Position numbers and translations under genes: made by a program
Source of the DNA: Candidatus Dormibacteria bacterium
GTDB taxonomy: Bacteria > Chloroflexota > Dormibacteria > Aeolococcales > Bog-877
Direction: 5' to 3'
Assembly: GCA_050734135.1 (NCBI GenBank)
Contig: JBOHUG010000039.1
Coordinates: forward strand, 4,134 to 68,133
Length of the DNA: 64,000 nucleotides
Part shown: positions 26,960-36,962 of the stretch, piece by piece
Position numbering within the stretch: the first letter of the stretch is position 1
Layout: each line of letters opens with the position of its first letter
Notes under the pieces: generated by a model
Database searches by the model: none
What the model saw: only the letters and a program-made list of their open reading frames with translations
Told to the model about the DNA's origin: nothing

Positions 26960-28837
26960 ATGCCAGACCTCCAGGAGTCCTTCGCGCGCGCCCTGAGGTC
27001 AGCCGCCGGGGCGATGGGGGTAGGGGAGGTCCCAGATCCGGCGGTTGAGCCGTCGGCAGTCCCCGAGGTCGGGGACTATTCGTCGGCCTTGGCGTTGCGC
27101 CTGGCGGGGGTCCTGAAGCGGCCCCCTCGCGAGATCGCCGCGGAACTGGCCCGCCACCTGGCCGACCAGCCCCTCGCCCACTGCCTGGAGATCACGATCA
27201 GTGGCGCTGGGTACCTCAACCTGCGGGTTGACTTCGCTTCGCTCGCACCCGAGGTTATCTTCAGCGCGCTCGGGATGGGAGAGGTGATCATCCCTGACCC
27301 CGATGCCGGCCCCAGGGTGATCGTCGAACACACCGCCACCAACCCGAACAAGGCAGCGCATGTCGGCCACCTCCGCAACGCCTGTATCGGCGACACCGTA
27401 GCCCGCCTGCTTCGGGCCCGGGGCCACTTGGTCGAGGTTCAGAACTACATCGACGACACCGGGGTCCAGGTGGCCGACGTCCTGGTGGGAATCCGTCACC
27501 TGGGACTCACTCCCGAGATCGGCGAGCCGTTCGACCGATTCTGCTCACGAGCTTATGTCGAAGTCTGCAGCCGCTACGAATCCGAGCCGGATCTTGTCAA
27601 GCTCAGGGTCGAGACGCTGCACCAGATTGAGGGTCGTGAGGGCGAGGTGGCGGCAGCGGCGAAAGAGCTGGCGGGCAAGATTGTCGACGCTCACCTCGAG
27701 ACGATGGCGCGGATCGGGGTCAGCTACGACCTACTCACCTGGGAGTCGGACATCCTCGAACTGGGGTTCCTGGAGCACGCGCTCGACTGGATGCAGGAGT
27801 CGGGGGTGATCCGCCGGCCTACCGAAGGTGCGTTCCAGGGCTGTTGGGTGCTGCCCCTCGAAGCGGGGACAGGTGAGGACGAACTGGCGGTCGGCGAGGC
27901 GAAGGTCCTGGTCAAGAGCGACGGCATCGCTACCTACACCGGCAAGGACATCGCCTATCACCTCTGGAAGTTCGGGGTGCTGGGACTGGACTTCGACTAC
28001 CGACTCTGGTCCCCCCAGGGTCCGGCCAGCACCACCTCCGATCCGAAGCTCGCGCAATTGCCACCAGAGCGCTTCGGGCACGCGGCCCGAGTCGTCAACG
28101 TGATCGACCAACGCCAGACGGCACCCCAGTTGGCGGTTCGGGAGGCGCTCCGCCGCCTCGGCTTCGAGTCCCAGGCGGAAGCCCTTCACCATCTCGCCTA
28201 CGAAGTGGTGGCGCTCTCGCCTTCGGCAGCCGCCGCCCTGGGGGTGGACACCAGTGCCGGCAAGGCGATGTACCCGCTCAGCGGCCGGCTGGGAATCGAC
28301 GTGGGGGCCGATGACCTGCTGGACGAGGCGGAGCGCCAGGTTCGATCCAAGGCTCGCGATCAGACCGTGGCGGCCCGCCTGGCCGCCAGCGCCGTCCGCT
28401 ACTACCTGCTTCGCTTCGGCCTCAACTCGATCATCAACTTTGACTTCGGGGAGGCGCTGCGTACCAGCGGGGACACCGGGGTCTACCTCCAGTACGCTCA
28501 CGCCCGCGCCTGCGGAATTCTGGCAAAGGTGGAGACGGTGACCTTTCCCGACCGAGTACCCGACCTGAGCCCGTCCGAGCAGGCCCTGGTGAAGCTCCTG
28601 GAGCGACTACCCAGGACGGTGGCGGAGTCGGCCGACAACCTCAGCCCTTCTACTCTGGCGGGCTACGCCTTCTCCTTGGCTACTGCCTTCAACGACTTCT
28701 ACGAACATTCGGACCGGCTTTACCAGTTGAAGGATGACGCACTAAGGGGGCTCCGCCGGGGCTTGGTTGACGCCACCCGGGCGACTCTGGCCCGGTCCTT
28801 GGAGCTGCTGGGGCTGACCCCGCTCGCGCGCATCTGA
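26960..28837 (+). CDS. argS: arginine--tRNA ligase
   Basis: 625 aa. Class I HIGH-type motif NPNKAAHVGHLRN and C-terminal DALR anticodon-binding domain. Confidence 0.85.
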   Translation: MPDLQESFARALRSAAGAMGVGEVPDPAVEPSAVPEVGDYSSALALRLAGVLKRPPREIAAELARHLADQPLAHCLEITISGAGYLNLRVDFASLAPEVIFSALGMGEVIIPDPDAGPRVIVEHTATNPNKAAHVGHLRNACIGDTVARLLRARGHLVEVQNYIDDTGVQVADVLVGIRHLGLTPEIGEPFDRFCSRAYVEVCSRYESEPDLVKLRVETLHQIEGREGEVAAAAKELAGKIVDAHLETMARIGVSYDLLTWESDILELGFLEHALDWMQESGVIRRPTEGAFQGCWVLPLEAGTGEDELAVGEAKVLVKSDGIATYTGKDIAYHLWKFGVLGLDFDYRLWSPQGPASTTSDPKLAQLPPERFGHAARVVNVIDQRQTAPQLAVREALRRLGFESQAEALHHLAYEVVALSPSAAAALGVDTSAGKAMYPLSGRLGIDVGADDLLDEAERQVRSKARDQTVAARLAASAVRYYLLRFGLNSIINFDFGEALRTSGDTGVYLQYAHARACGILAKVETVTFPDRVPDLSPSEQALVKLLERLPRTVAESADNLSPSTLAGYAFSLATAFNDFYEHSDRLYQLKDDALRGLRRGLVDATRATLARSLELLGLTPLARI

Positions 28838-28884
28838 GGTTCCGCCGAAAAGTTCGAGCTGACCGATGTGCATACTGGGCGACC

Positions 28885-29529
28885 TTGTCCGAGCTTCCCC
28901 TCTTTCCGCTGCGCGCCGTGCTGTATCCCCACATGTCGCTGCCCTTGCATGTCTTTGAATTGCGCTACCAGAGACTGCTGCGGGACTGCCTTGAGTCTGG
29001 TGGCCGCTTCGGGGTGGTCGGGATTCGCTCCGGCGACGAAGTCGGCGGTCGGGCGGTCCCGGAGGAGGTTGGCACCGAGGCGGTCATCACCGACCTTCGC
29101 CTTCTCCCCGGGGGCCGCTCCCACGTGCTGGTGACCGGCGCCCGCCGCTTCCGGATCAAAGAGCTGGTTCCGGGAATGCCCTACCCCAGAGCTGAGGTCG
29201 ATTTGCTCCACGAGCCGGACCCGGATCCGGCCGCCTTCATCCTGGCCAGTGAGGCACGTGCGGCCCTGACCCGCTACACCGCCGGGCTGGCCCGAATCTC
29301 GGGCGGAGCTGCCAGCTCGAACGCGCTGCCCACCGATCCGCTGCTGCTCTCCTGGGTGATTGCCTCCACTTTGATGATCGAGTTGCCCCACCGGCAACAG
29401 CTGTTGGAGGTGCCCGGGTTCAGTCAGAGGCTCCGTCTCGAGATCCAGTTGCTGCAGCGAGAGGTGACCCTCCTAAACCTACAGCTGGCGAATCGGCTCC
29501 AGACCGTCCCGACCTACGGCCGCAATTGA
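28885..29529 (+). CDS. LON N-terminal (substrate-binding) domain protein
   Basis: 214 aa with LPLFPLRAVLYPHMSLPLHVFE start typical of the Lon N-domain. No ATPase or protease domain. Confidence 0.7.
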   Translation: MSELPLFPLRAVLYPHMSLPLHVFELRYQRLLRDCLESGGRFGVVGIRSGDEVGGRAVPEEVGTEAVITDLRLLPGGRSHVLVTGARRFRIKELVPGMPYPRAEVDLLHEPDPDPAAFILASEARAALTRYTAGLARISGGAASSNALPTDPLLLSWVIASTLMIELPHRQQLLEVPGFSQRLRLEIQLLQREVTLLNLQLANRLQTVPTYGRN

Positions 29530-29653
29530 TTGGCTCCAGGGCTCCCCGCTCGGGTCCGAACTCGGGTCACCGGCCAGTCGGGCCTCCGATGCGCGCCAGC
29601 CGGTGGCAATCAAGGAATCCGATCCGGCCGCCCCGGCAGATCCTGGGCAGGTT

Positions 29654-31297
29654 CTACTGAATGATCGCCAGGTAACCGGGGGCGCCCGCCTCGCTGCCGG
29701 TCAACTCCGAGGGTGAGATTTGGGCCGCCCGGCTCAGGTGCAGGATGTAGACGGCTCCGGTGAAGCCGGCGACATGGCCAACCGAGACGCTGCTCACCAA
29801 ACTTCCGGCGGCCGGTTGCGCGACGGCTGCACCGGGAGCGACTCCCTGCATCTCCAGGTAAATGGTCTGAGCACCGTCGTATCCAGAGGTGACCTTGGGC
29901 TCGCCCGAGCCGTCCGCGAAGTGGAAGACCACCCAGAACTGGCTGCCGTGGACGCCATACTCGACGTTCTGAACCTGATAGCCACTGCCAGTACTGCCCA
30001 GGGTCTGGGTACCGGTCAGGGCTGCTGTTGTGGCGGTCGCCGAGGGCGTGGCGGTCGCCGACGGGCTCGCTTTGGCAGAAATCGCCGGGGTGGCCTGGGG
30101 CGGTGGGTGGTGCGCTCCGGCCGACTTGCTCCCGTGGGTGATGTTCCACACGATCAGGACCGCGGCCAAGGCTGCCACCGCGATCAATCCCGTGCGCGTC
30201 CAACTGCGCGCCTCCGGCCCCTGCTTTCCGGACTTGGCTGGCATGGGCCGGCGGAAGCCGCCTCCGGAGCCTCGACGGGGAGGCTCGCCATCAAGCTTGG
30301 TCCACTTCCGGTCCGGCTGCAAACCCGGTATGGCGGCTATGTCCGGCCGAGCTGGAGGATCGGTGGCGGGGAAGGGCGCGGCGGGCGGCAACGGCGCCTG
30401 GCGCCCCACCGGAAGTCCGGCCAGCCCGGTCAACTCTGGAGACCAGGTGTTCCCGGCTGGAGTCGCTGGGGGGATGTCGCCCCAAGGCATCTTGAGCTCG
30501 GTTGCGGGTTCCCACCCGGGGACCACCATCGAACTGGGCCGGATCACGTCCGCTGCCGGCCCCCCGGACGAGGTGATTGGAGACTCGGTGAAATCGGATG
30601 TAGTCTCCAGCTCACCGGCTGCCTCGGTGGCGCCTGGCGTGCTCACCTCAGGATTTGAGTCCGCCTCGTCTCTGGGCGACTCGGTCTCCGGCGGCGGGGC
30701 ACTCAAACCGTCGTCAGCGACCGGGGCGAAGAAGGGCGACGAATCCTCTTCAACCGACCCCGGAGCATCCCTCGCGGGGTCGGCCGTGGACTCTTCAGAA
30801 GAATCGGCAAGCCACAGTTCTTCCGGTACCGCAGCCAGGGCATCGGCAGCGGACAGGTCTGCCTCTTCGGCCTCGAAAGCGCTGCCATGTTCAAGCTCGG
30901 GACTGAGATCCTCCGGCTCCTCGGTCGGGGCCTCCTCTGCCGTCTCGACCAGATCCGGGTCTTCCAAAATCGCGGCGCTGATACCCAAGGCGCCAAACGG
31001 GTCCGGGGCCACGAACGCCGGGTCGCGGCTCTCAGAGTCGGAGGGCGCCGGAGACGGCACCAAGGTATGGCCCGGCACCGAGACCAGAACTCGCGAGCGC
31101 TCGAGCAATGCGGTGGCGGTGCCGCTGCCGAGTTGCACCGGCGCGAGCAGGGAAATCCGCTCCGTCTCCTCCCGCAAGTAGCGCATCCCGGTCTTGCAAC
31201 GCTCGCAGGTGATGAGGTGAGCGTCCAACTCCAACTGGCGTTCGCGGGAGAGCTCCCCGTCAAGCGCGCAGCTAAGGGTGAGGAGGCTGCACTTCAT
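29654..31297 (-). CDS. zinc-dependent anti-sigma factor (ZAS-like) with long Pro/Ala-rich extension
   Basis: N-terminal HLxxCxxC (HLITCERCK) ZAS motif. 547 aa with Pro-rich linker and Thr/Ala-rich C-terminal region. ATGA overlap with the upstream ECF sigma gene. Confidence 0.7.
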   Translation of the reverse strand: MKCSLLTLSCALDGELSRERQLELDAHLITCERCKTGMRYLREETERISLLAPVQLGSGTATALLERSRVLVSVPGHTLVPSPAPSDSESRDPAFVAPDPFGALGISAAILEDPDLVETAEEAPTEEPEDLSPELEHGSAFEAEEADLSAADALAAVPEELWLADSSEESTADPARDAPGSVEEDSSPFFAPVADDGLSAPPPETESPRDEADSNPEVSTPGATEAAGELETTSDFTESPITSSGGPAADVIRPSSMVVPGWEPATELKMPWGDIPPATPAGNTWSPELTGLAGLPVGRQAPLPPAAPFPATDPPARPDIAAIPGLQPDRKWTKLDGEPPRRGSGGGFRRPMPAKSGKQGPEARSWTRTGLIAVAALAAVLIVWNITHGSKSAGAHHPPPQATPAISAKASPSATATPSATATTAALTGTQTLGSTGSGYQVQNVEYGVHGSQFWVVFHFADGSGEPKVTSGYDGAQTIYLEMQGVAPGAAVAQPAAGSLVSSVSVGHVAGFTGAVYILHLSRAAQISPSELTGSEAGAPGYLAIIQ

Positions 31298-31881
31298 ATA
31301 GAAATATCGCGATAAATACTGCCGAACTCACGTCGGGCCGAGGCGACCAATCGGGAGGCTGCTTCCGGTGAGCACTCCACCGCCACTCCGATTTCGCGGT
31401 ACGAGAGCTTGGCCAAGTCTCGCAGCAACAAGGCTGCTCGGCGGCCGAATTCGGTTGCCAATAGTGCCCGCTTGGCGGTGTTGATGCGGGCCGCGTCGGC
31501 GCCTTCCGGGCCGAGGCTGATCAGCGCTGGACGCTTGGCGAAAAGTCGAGCCACGCCGCGACGTTGGGGTGGATAGTGTTGGTTCTGGCGGGCGGCGCGG
31601 GTCACCGAGCGATACAGGATGGCCCGTCCGTCGCGTTGCAGCGCTGCCGCCGGAAAATGCCGAGCGTGAAAGAGGCCCGCCGTCACGTACTCCACAGCGT
31701 CCTCCGGCGTGCCGGTGAGGTGCAGCGCATACGTGATCAGGGCATCGAGATGCTGGCGACCGAGGTCTTCCAGCGTGCTCGCGGCGATCTGCGGTCTTTC
31801 TAGGACGGTATTCATGACGTTGCGTGTGGTGACACGCGAGCTGAGGCAAGCATAACCGGAGGAACGTCCGTGCGCAAGCAC
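31294..31881 (-). CDS. ECF-type RNA polymerase sigma factor
   Basis: Sigma-70 region 2 and region 4 (LSYREIGVAVECSPEAASRLVASARREF) features. Start may be the internal MNTVLE (~31815). Confidence 0.75.
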   Translation of the reverse strand: MLAHGRSSGYACLSSRVTTRNVMNTVLERPQIAASTLEDLGRQHLDALITYALHLTGTPEDAVEYVTAGLFHARHFPAAALQRDGRAILYRSVTRAARQNQHYPPQRRGVARLFAKRPALISLGPEGADAARINTAKRALLATEFGRRAALLLRDLAKLSYREIGVAVECSPEAASRLVASARREFGSIYRDISI

Positions 31882-31962
31882 TTCGGCAGCGAGCCTGGGC
31901 TCGCCATTCCCGCCGAGGTGGTGCCCATCGTTGGAGCGGCAGTCCCAGCGGCGCCAGTCGCA

Positions 31963-32706
31963 CTAGGAGGTGTCACGCTCGCTCGCTGGCTGGAATTGCC
32001 TCAGGCTACCACCACTCCAGCTGGGCGGCTCGAGGCCCACCTCTGAGTAGGCCCCGGAGGGCACTCCGATATCGGCCAACCAGAGTTCACCCACTGGCGC
32101 GCTCGGCGCCAGGCATCCGAGCTTGGCGACCGCGAGCATGACCGTCGCGTCGGCACGCACACAGTCCCCACGGGCAATCCCGGTTGTGGCGTCCAGGCCG
32201 CTCGGCACGTCGATGGCCAGAACGAGTGCTGCGCTGGCGTTGATGTGCCGGACCACGCGGGCCACCAAGCCCCGCGCTGCGCCGACGCTACCGGTACCCA
32301 GCAAGCCATCGACGACCAATCCGGCGGGCCCCAGCGCCCAGTCCAGCGTCGCGTCGGCGTCATGGCCAACGGGCCGAAGCTCCACCCCGGCAGCCTGCGC
32401 TGCCTGAACCTGCCGGGCGTAGCTGGTTCCCGACTCCGCTACCTCGCCAAGGGTGACGCTCCGCACCTGACGACCCCAGGCGGCCAGGTGGCGCGCACAC
32501 CCGAGCGCATCACCGCCGTTGTTGCCTTTGCCGGCCAGAACAGCGATTGGTCCAGCAGCCGCGCGCTTCCCCAGTATGTCCAATGCCAGTCGAGCACATT
32601 GCCAGCTGGCGATCGCCATCAGCGCATCCTGGGAGATCCCCAGTCGCCCGGCGGCTGCGTCCAGGGCCCGGGCCTGGTCCGAGGAGGCGGCCTCCCCGTT
32701 GCTCAA
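31963..32706 (-). CDS. NAD(P)H-hydrate epimerase (YjeF N-terminal domain)
   Basis: 247 aa with AVLAGKGNNGGDALGCARHL motif. Confidence 0.75.
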   Translation of the reverse strand: MSNGEAASSDQARALDAAAGRLGISQDALMAIASWQCARLALDILGKRAAAGPIAVLAGKGNNGGDALGCARHLAAWGRQVRSVTLGEVAESGTSYARQVQAAQAAGVELRPVGHDADATLDWALGPAGLVVDGLLGTGSVGAARGLVARVVRHINASAALVLAIDVPSGLDATTGIARGDCVRADATVMLAVAKLGCLAPSAPVGELWLADIGVPSGAYSEVGLEPPSWSGGSLRQFQPASERDTS

Positions 32707-33539
32707 GACGCGAACGAACGTCGGTCCGTTTCTGACGCAGGTCCCAACTCGTTGGCGGCCCCCCAGGCGACCCGGACCCGGTCCCCGGGTTGGAGGTTCA
32801 AGAGCGCGCTGGCACTGATCCCTTTGCCGGCGATCTCCAGATGTTCGGCGCTGTTCCAGAGCATCGCGAAGCCGCCCTCGATCTCCCCATAGGTTCGCAC
32901 CAAGCTGGAGATCACCCGGCCGTCACTGAGGGAGACGCTGGCTGGCAGCGGCGCATACCAGGGGGTTCGGGCCACGGTCAGGATGACATTGCCAAAGCGA
33001 TCAACAACCAGCACACGAGCGGTGGTACCGGCACTGTCGCCCTGGGGCAGAAACTCGCTCACCAACTGAGGGCTGGGGATCTTGGCTCCTAGATCCTCGA
33101 AGCGGGCGGAGCCGAGCGCCAGCCGCGCTGCCAGCGGTCCGATTACGTCGCGTCCGTGGAACGTCGAACTGATCCGTCGTGGGTCCAACCCGCTGGTGTC
33201 CACCCGCACCGCGGTCCGGTCCTGGCCCCGGCTCCACAGGAAGTGCAGCAACCCGTTGTCGGGCGCCACCACCAGCTGGCGATCAACCCTCGCCGCGACC
33301 AAGGGACGATCGGTACCCACCCCGGGATCAACCACCACACAATGAACGGTTCCCGGGGGGAATGCTGGCGCCGAGGCTGCCAGCCAGTACGCTCCCGCGC
33401 CGATGTCGTGCGGGGGCACTCCGTGGGTGATGGTCACCACCCTCAGGCGGGGGTCCACCCGCGCGATCGCACCCTGGAGGGCCCCAGCGTATCCGTCCGC
33501 CGTGCCAAAGTCGGTTAGCAGAGTGAGGATCGCGGACAT
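32703..33539 (-). CDS. SAM hydroxide adenosyltransferase / SAM hydrolase family (DUF62)
   Basis: 278 aa. N-terminal LLTDFGTADGY signature of the fluorinase/SAM-hydrolase fold. Confidence 0.75.
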   Translation of the reverse strand: MSAILTLLTDFGTADGYAGALQGAIARVDPRLRVVTITHGVPPHDIGAGAYWLAASAPAFPPGTVHCVVVDPGVGTDRPLVAARVDRQLVVAPDNGLLHFLWSRGQDRTAVRVDTSGLDPRRISSTFHGRDVIGPLAARLALGSARFEDLGAKIPSPQLVSEFLPQGDSAGTTARVLVVDRFGNVILTVARTPWYAPLPASVSLSDGRVISSLVRTYGEIEGGFAMLWNSAEHLEIAGKGISASALLNLQPGDRVRVAWGAANELGPASETDRRSFAS

Positions 33540-33644
33540 GGTTCCTGGTCATTGTCACCCATGTCGGCGGTCCGACCCGCGCGTGGCCGATCGGTGCGGC
33601 TGAGGCGGAGAGAGCTCCCGGGACCTCATCCCGACCGGGACACC

Positions 33645-34349
33645 CTAGCTACTGATCGAGATCGAGATGTAGGCACGAGCACCAGAAGGCGGGACGCTCA
33701 GAGTGATCTGGTAAGTCCCCGGGACAAGCTTCCTGGGTTCCAGCGCTCCGATCGAGCCGGCAGCGCCGTTGCCGTTTGCCGAGATCGGACCGCGACCACT
33801 CCAAATGACGTCATAGACGGCGCTGGGGGCTCCCCCTGGAGAGCTCGAGGGTTTGGGTTCGGATTCGATCGAGAGGCCAGCGGCGACCGGTCCGGCGACG
33901 CGGGCGCTCAGCGGGCAAGTCGAACCGGTCACCGAGACCACGAACGTGCGGCGCTGGCCCGGGGTCAGGTTCGCCCGCGTCGGTGACGAGACTAGGTGAA
34001 CGACAGCGCCGTGGCAAGTCATCGGAGCCGCGGCGGCGGCATGACCGCCGTTTACTCCGGGCGGAAGCACCGCAAGGTATTGGCGCTCGGTGGTGTTCGG
34101 TGTGTGATTGGCGGTGGCGAGCGGGATCACCACCGCAGCGGCAATGGCCGCCACCGCCACCCCGGCCAGGGCTCCCCGCGTCCTGGAAAGCGAGGGCCAG
34201 GAGCGGAGCCTGGCCCGCCACCGGCTGCGCGGGGTGGCCAGGAGCTGCTGTTTCAGAAGCCGTCGGGTTTCCGGGTGCAGCCGCATCTCCGCGGTGGCGC
34301 GGTGGAGCTGCGCCGCGAGCTCCTCAATTAGTCGGTCGTCGGGATCCAT
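33645..34349 (-). CDS. putative membrane-anchored anti-sigma factor
   Basis: Single TM (AGVAVAAIAAAVVIPLA) after a short cytoplasmic N-terminus. Overlaps the 3' end of the upstream ECF sigma gene by 22 nt. No family recognised. Confidence 0.5.
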   Translation of the reverse strand: MDPDDRLIEELAAQLHRATAEMRLHPETRRLLKQQLLATPRSRWRARLRSWPSLSRTRGALAGVAVAAIAAAVVIPLATANHTPNTTERQYLAVLPPGVNGGHAAAAAPMTCHGAVVHLVSSPTRANLTPGQRRTFVVSVTGSTCPLSARVAGPVAAGLSIESEPKPSSSPGGAPSAVYDVIWSGRGPISANGNGAAGSIGALEPRKLVPGTYQITLSVPPSGARAYISISISS

Positions 34350-34861
34350 ATCAGGCGCAGCGCCTCCAAGGAGCGACTGAGGCGGGACTTGACCGTGCCT
34401 TCGGCCACCCCGAGGGCCCGGGCCGTCTCCTCCACAGACAGGTCGAGATACACCCGCATAACGATCACCTCCCGCTGGTCCGCCGGAAGTTGGTCCAACG
34501 CCTGTTTCAGGTCCGCCGACGAGACCAGTTCGGAGAAGGGGTCGTGCAGAGTCGGGTCAGCTGGAATGGTGTCGGTTGGGATGGGTATCCGCCGCCTCAG
34601 GTGGGAGCGGGCAGTGTTCGCCACGATCGTCATCAGCCAGGCGCGCTCGGCTCCCGGGTCACGCAGGCTGAAACGAGCCCGCCAGGCGCTCACGAAGGCG
34701 TCTTGAACGCAATCCTCCGCGAGGCCCCGGTCGCGGAGGAAGAGGTAGGCGGTGCGCAAGGCGAGGTCCCCATAGAGGCCGACCCAGCGTTCGGCCAGAG
34801 CTTCTGCTTCAGGATCAGGACGCCTCGACGACACCCAATGGTTCCTCCACGGGCTTGACAA
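34328..34861 (-). CDS. ECF-type RNA polymerase sigma factor
   Basis: 177 aa with sigma-70 region 2 (DCVQDAFVSAW) and region 4 (LSVEETARALGVAEGTVKSRLSR). Confidence 0.85.
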   Translation of the reverse strand: MSSPWRNHWVSSRRPDPEAEALAERWVGLYGDLALRTAYLFLRDRGLAEDCVQDAFVSAWRARFSLRDPGAERAWLMTIVANTARSHLRRRIPIPTDTIPADPTLHDPFSELVSSADLKQALDQLPADQREVIVMRVYLDLSVEETARALGVAEGTVKSRLSRSLEALRLIWIPTTD

Positions 34862-34867
34862 CCTTGC

Positions 34868-35593
34868 TTATGCGGGTCTCGACCTAACCCGCCGGCTCCC
34901 TGATGAGTCGAATTCGGCTGCCTGGGGGAGGACCAAGGCACTCAGCTGAGTCCGGAGCAGCTCTCGATCCCAGCAGTGCCGACCCCGCAGGTGCACGTAC
35001 GGCCAGCAGGCGGCGTTGAAGAGAAGGTCGGCCGCCTGGTCTGGGTTGCCACCCGGTGGAGCGAGGCTGCCGTCCTCAATCCCATCTCGAAAGATTCTTG
35101 AGAACGGCTCGTTGAAGTTGAGTCCACTTGCGCTGGCCCGGTGGAAGACTTGATCAGAGGCCATCAGTAATGGCAGGTGTGCCTCCGCCACGTCGAAGAG
35201 CGCGAGAATCGCAATCCCTAGTCGTTCCCTGGCGTTGCCCGGGGCGGTGAGCGCCGGCCACAGGGCGTTTCGGTAGTCCGCTTCCAGATCCAGCAGCAGT
35301 GACTTGATAAGCGCCTCCCGGGTCGCACCCAGACGCCAGGCGGTGACACGTGAGAGTCCCGCCTCCTCAGCGACCGCGTCCATCGTGAGTCCGTCCCAGC
35401 CGATCTTGGCCAGGACCGCCACCGACGCGCGCAGCAGGCGGCGGTCCCGGACCTGCTCCGGCTCTTCCCGCTTTGCCTCCTCCCGCTTCGTGGCGTCTCC
35501 AGCAGTTGCCATCGGCCCATGATAGACCGCTGCAACCCCGCGCCACATTTCATGTAATACTAGCGCTTCACGCGCCGCACAACACGCTTTCAT
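34868..35593 (-). CDS. TetR/AcrR-family transcriptional regulator
   Basis: HTH (LTMDAVAEEAGLSRVTAWRLGATREAL). The likely start is the internal MATAGD (~35512). Confidence 0.7.
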   Translation of the reverse strand: MKACCAAREALVLHEMWRGVAAVYHGPMATAGDATKREEAKREEPEQVRDRRLLRASVAVLAKIGWDGLTMDAVAEEAGLSRVTAWRLGATREALIKSLLLDLEADYRNALWPALTAPGNARERLGIAILALFDVAEAHLPLLMASDQVFHRASASGLNFNEPFSRIFRDGIEDGSLAPPGGNPDQAADLLFNAACWPYVHLRGRHCWDRELLRTQLSALVLPQAAEFDSSGSRRVRSRPA

Positions 35594-36230
35594 GAGGAGA
35601 TGGAGGTTGAATATGAATCGATACCATCAGCGACTCTGTCGATCCCCGAGATGGGCGGACTTTGTCACCGGAGAGCTGCTGCCCGAGATCCTGCAGGGCG
35701 TCGAGCTCGGGCCGCGGGCCCTGGAGCTGGGACCCGGTTACGGGGCCAGCACCAGAGGACTGCTCGGTCGAGTCTCGGAGCTCGTGGCTCTCGAGAGCGA
35801 CCCGGAGTTGGTGCGGCGCCTGCAGCGCGAATTGGGGGCGTCGGTGACTGTCGTTCTGGGGGACGCCACCCAGATGCCGTTTGCCAGCTCCTCGTTCTCG
35901 GCGGTGGTGTGTTTCACGATGTTGCACCACCTGCGCTCCCGGCGAGCGCAGGACCGACTCTTCGGCGAAGTCGCGCGGGTGCTGGAGCCGGGCGGACTGT
36001 TCGTGGCTCGCGATAGCAGCGGCGGCTGGCGATTTCGGCTGATTCACCTGGGGGATGTCTTCACGCCAGTCGACTCCCGGGACCTGGATCAGCGCCTAGT
36101 CCGAGCTGGGCTGGAGTCGGTGGAGATCACGGCGACCCCGTGGTCAGTTGAGATCCGGGCACGCCGTCCCGAGCCGTCCGACCGGGTGCTCCAAGGGTCC
36201 TCGAATGCGATGGCAGGAGGCGAATCGTGA
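35592..36230 (+). CDS. class I SAM-dependent methyltransferase
   Basis: Motif I ALELGPGYG and post-I/II motifs. Divergent from the TetR gene. Confidence 0.7.
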   Translation: MRRWRLNMNRYHQRLCRSPRWADFVTGELLPEILQGVELGPRALELGPGYGASTRGLLGRVSELVALESDPELVRRLQRELGASVTVVLGDATQMPFASSSFSAVVCFTMLHHLRSRRAQDRLFGEVARVLEPGGLFVARDSSGGWRFRLIHLGDVFTPVDSRDLDQRLVRAGLESVEITATPWSVEIRARRPEPSDRVLQGSSNAMAGGES

Positions 36231-36952
36231 GCGACTCCCGCCTACGAGAGTCAATCGCCGCCATGGTTCAGTTGGTGACCGGCGCCGAGGAATGCGCGAT
36301 GCTGGCCACCCGCGCAGAGGACCAGGAACGCGCGAGCGGTCCGGAGGCATGGTCGATCTCGGCCCTGGTCGCGCACAATTCCGAATTCAGGTCCCAGCAG
36401 GTCACCAGGCTCGGAGCGGTCATTGATCGCTCCACCCCGCCCAACTTCTCCGAAATAGACCACACCTCGCTGGAGGTCTATGCGAGGTTCTCGGCTCTGA
36501 CCGCCGACCAGGTGCTCGCCGGATGCCGCTCCACAACGACCGAGCTGGTGCAGCTTCTTTGGCAACTCACCGACGAGGACCTGACTGACCCGGCGCGGAA
36601 TCCCTGGCTGCGGGGTCGGCCGCTTTGGCTGCAAGTTGTGGCGCGCGGCTTCTGGCACCCCAGCGGTCATCTAGGTGAGTACTGGCTCAGCCGGGGACTC
36701 CCAGAGAAGGCCGTCCGGCTGCATGCCGCCGGTGTCGCCCTGGCGGAGGCAGTTCAGCTGCCCGGTGCGGCGCTGGGGATGGCCCGGTATTCATTGGCTT
36801 GCGCCAAGTCGAGGACGGGGCACTGCGAGGAGGCGCTCGCGGAGATCGTCCAAGCGATCAACGGCAACCCCGACCTTGCCCAGAATGCCGCTCGGGACCC
36901 GGACCTGGAGCCGGTTAGGGCGCTGCCCGGCTGGCCGTGCTCGGCCAATTAG
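36227..36952 (+). CDS. DinB-superfamily protein (mycothiol maleylpyruvate isomerase N-terminal-like)
   Basis: 241 aa with helical DinB_2-like N-terminus. ATGA-type overlap with the upstream methyltransferase. Confidence 0.6.
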   Translation: MSDSRLRESIAAMVQLVTGAEECAMLATRAEDQERASGPEAWSISALVAHNSEFRSQQVTRLGAVIDRSTPPNFSEIDHTSLEVYARFSALTADQVLAGCRSTTTELVQLLWQLTDEDLTDPARNPWLRGRPLWLQVVARGFWHPSGHLGEYWLSRGLPEKAVRLHAAGVALAEAVQLPGAALGMARYSLACAKSRTGHCEEALAEIVQAINGNPDLAQNAARDPDLEPVRALPGWPCSAN

Positions 36953-36962
36953 ATTCGCTTCG

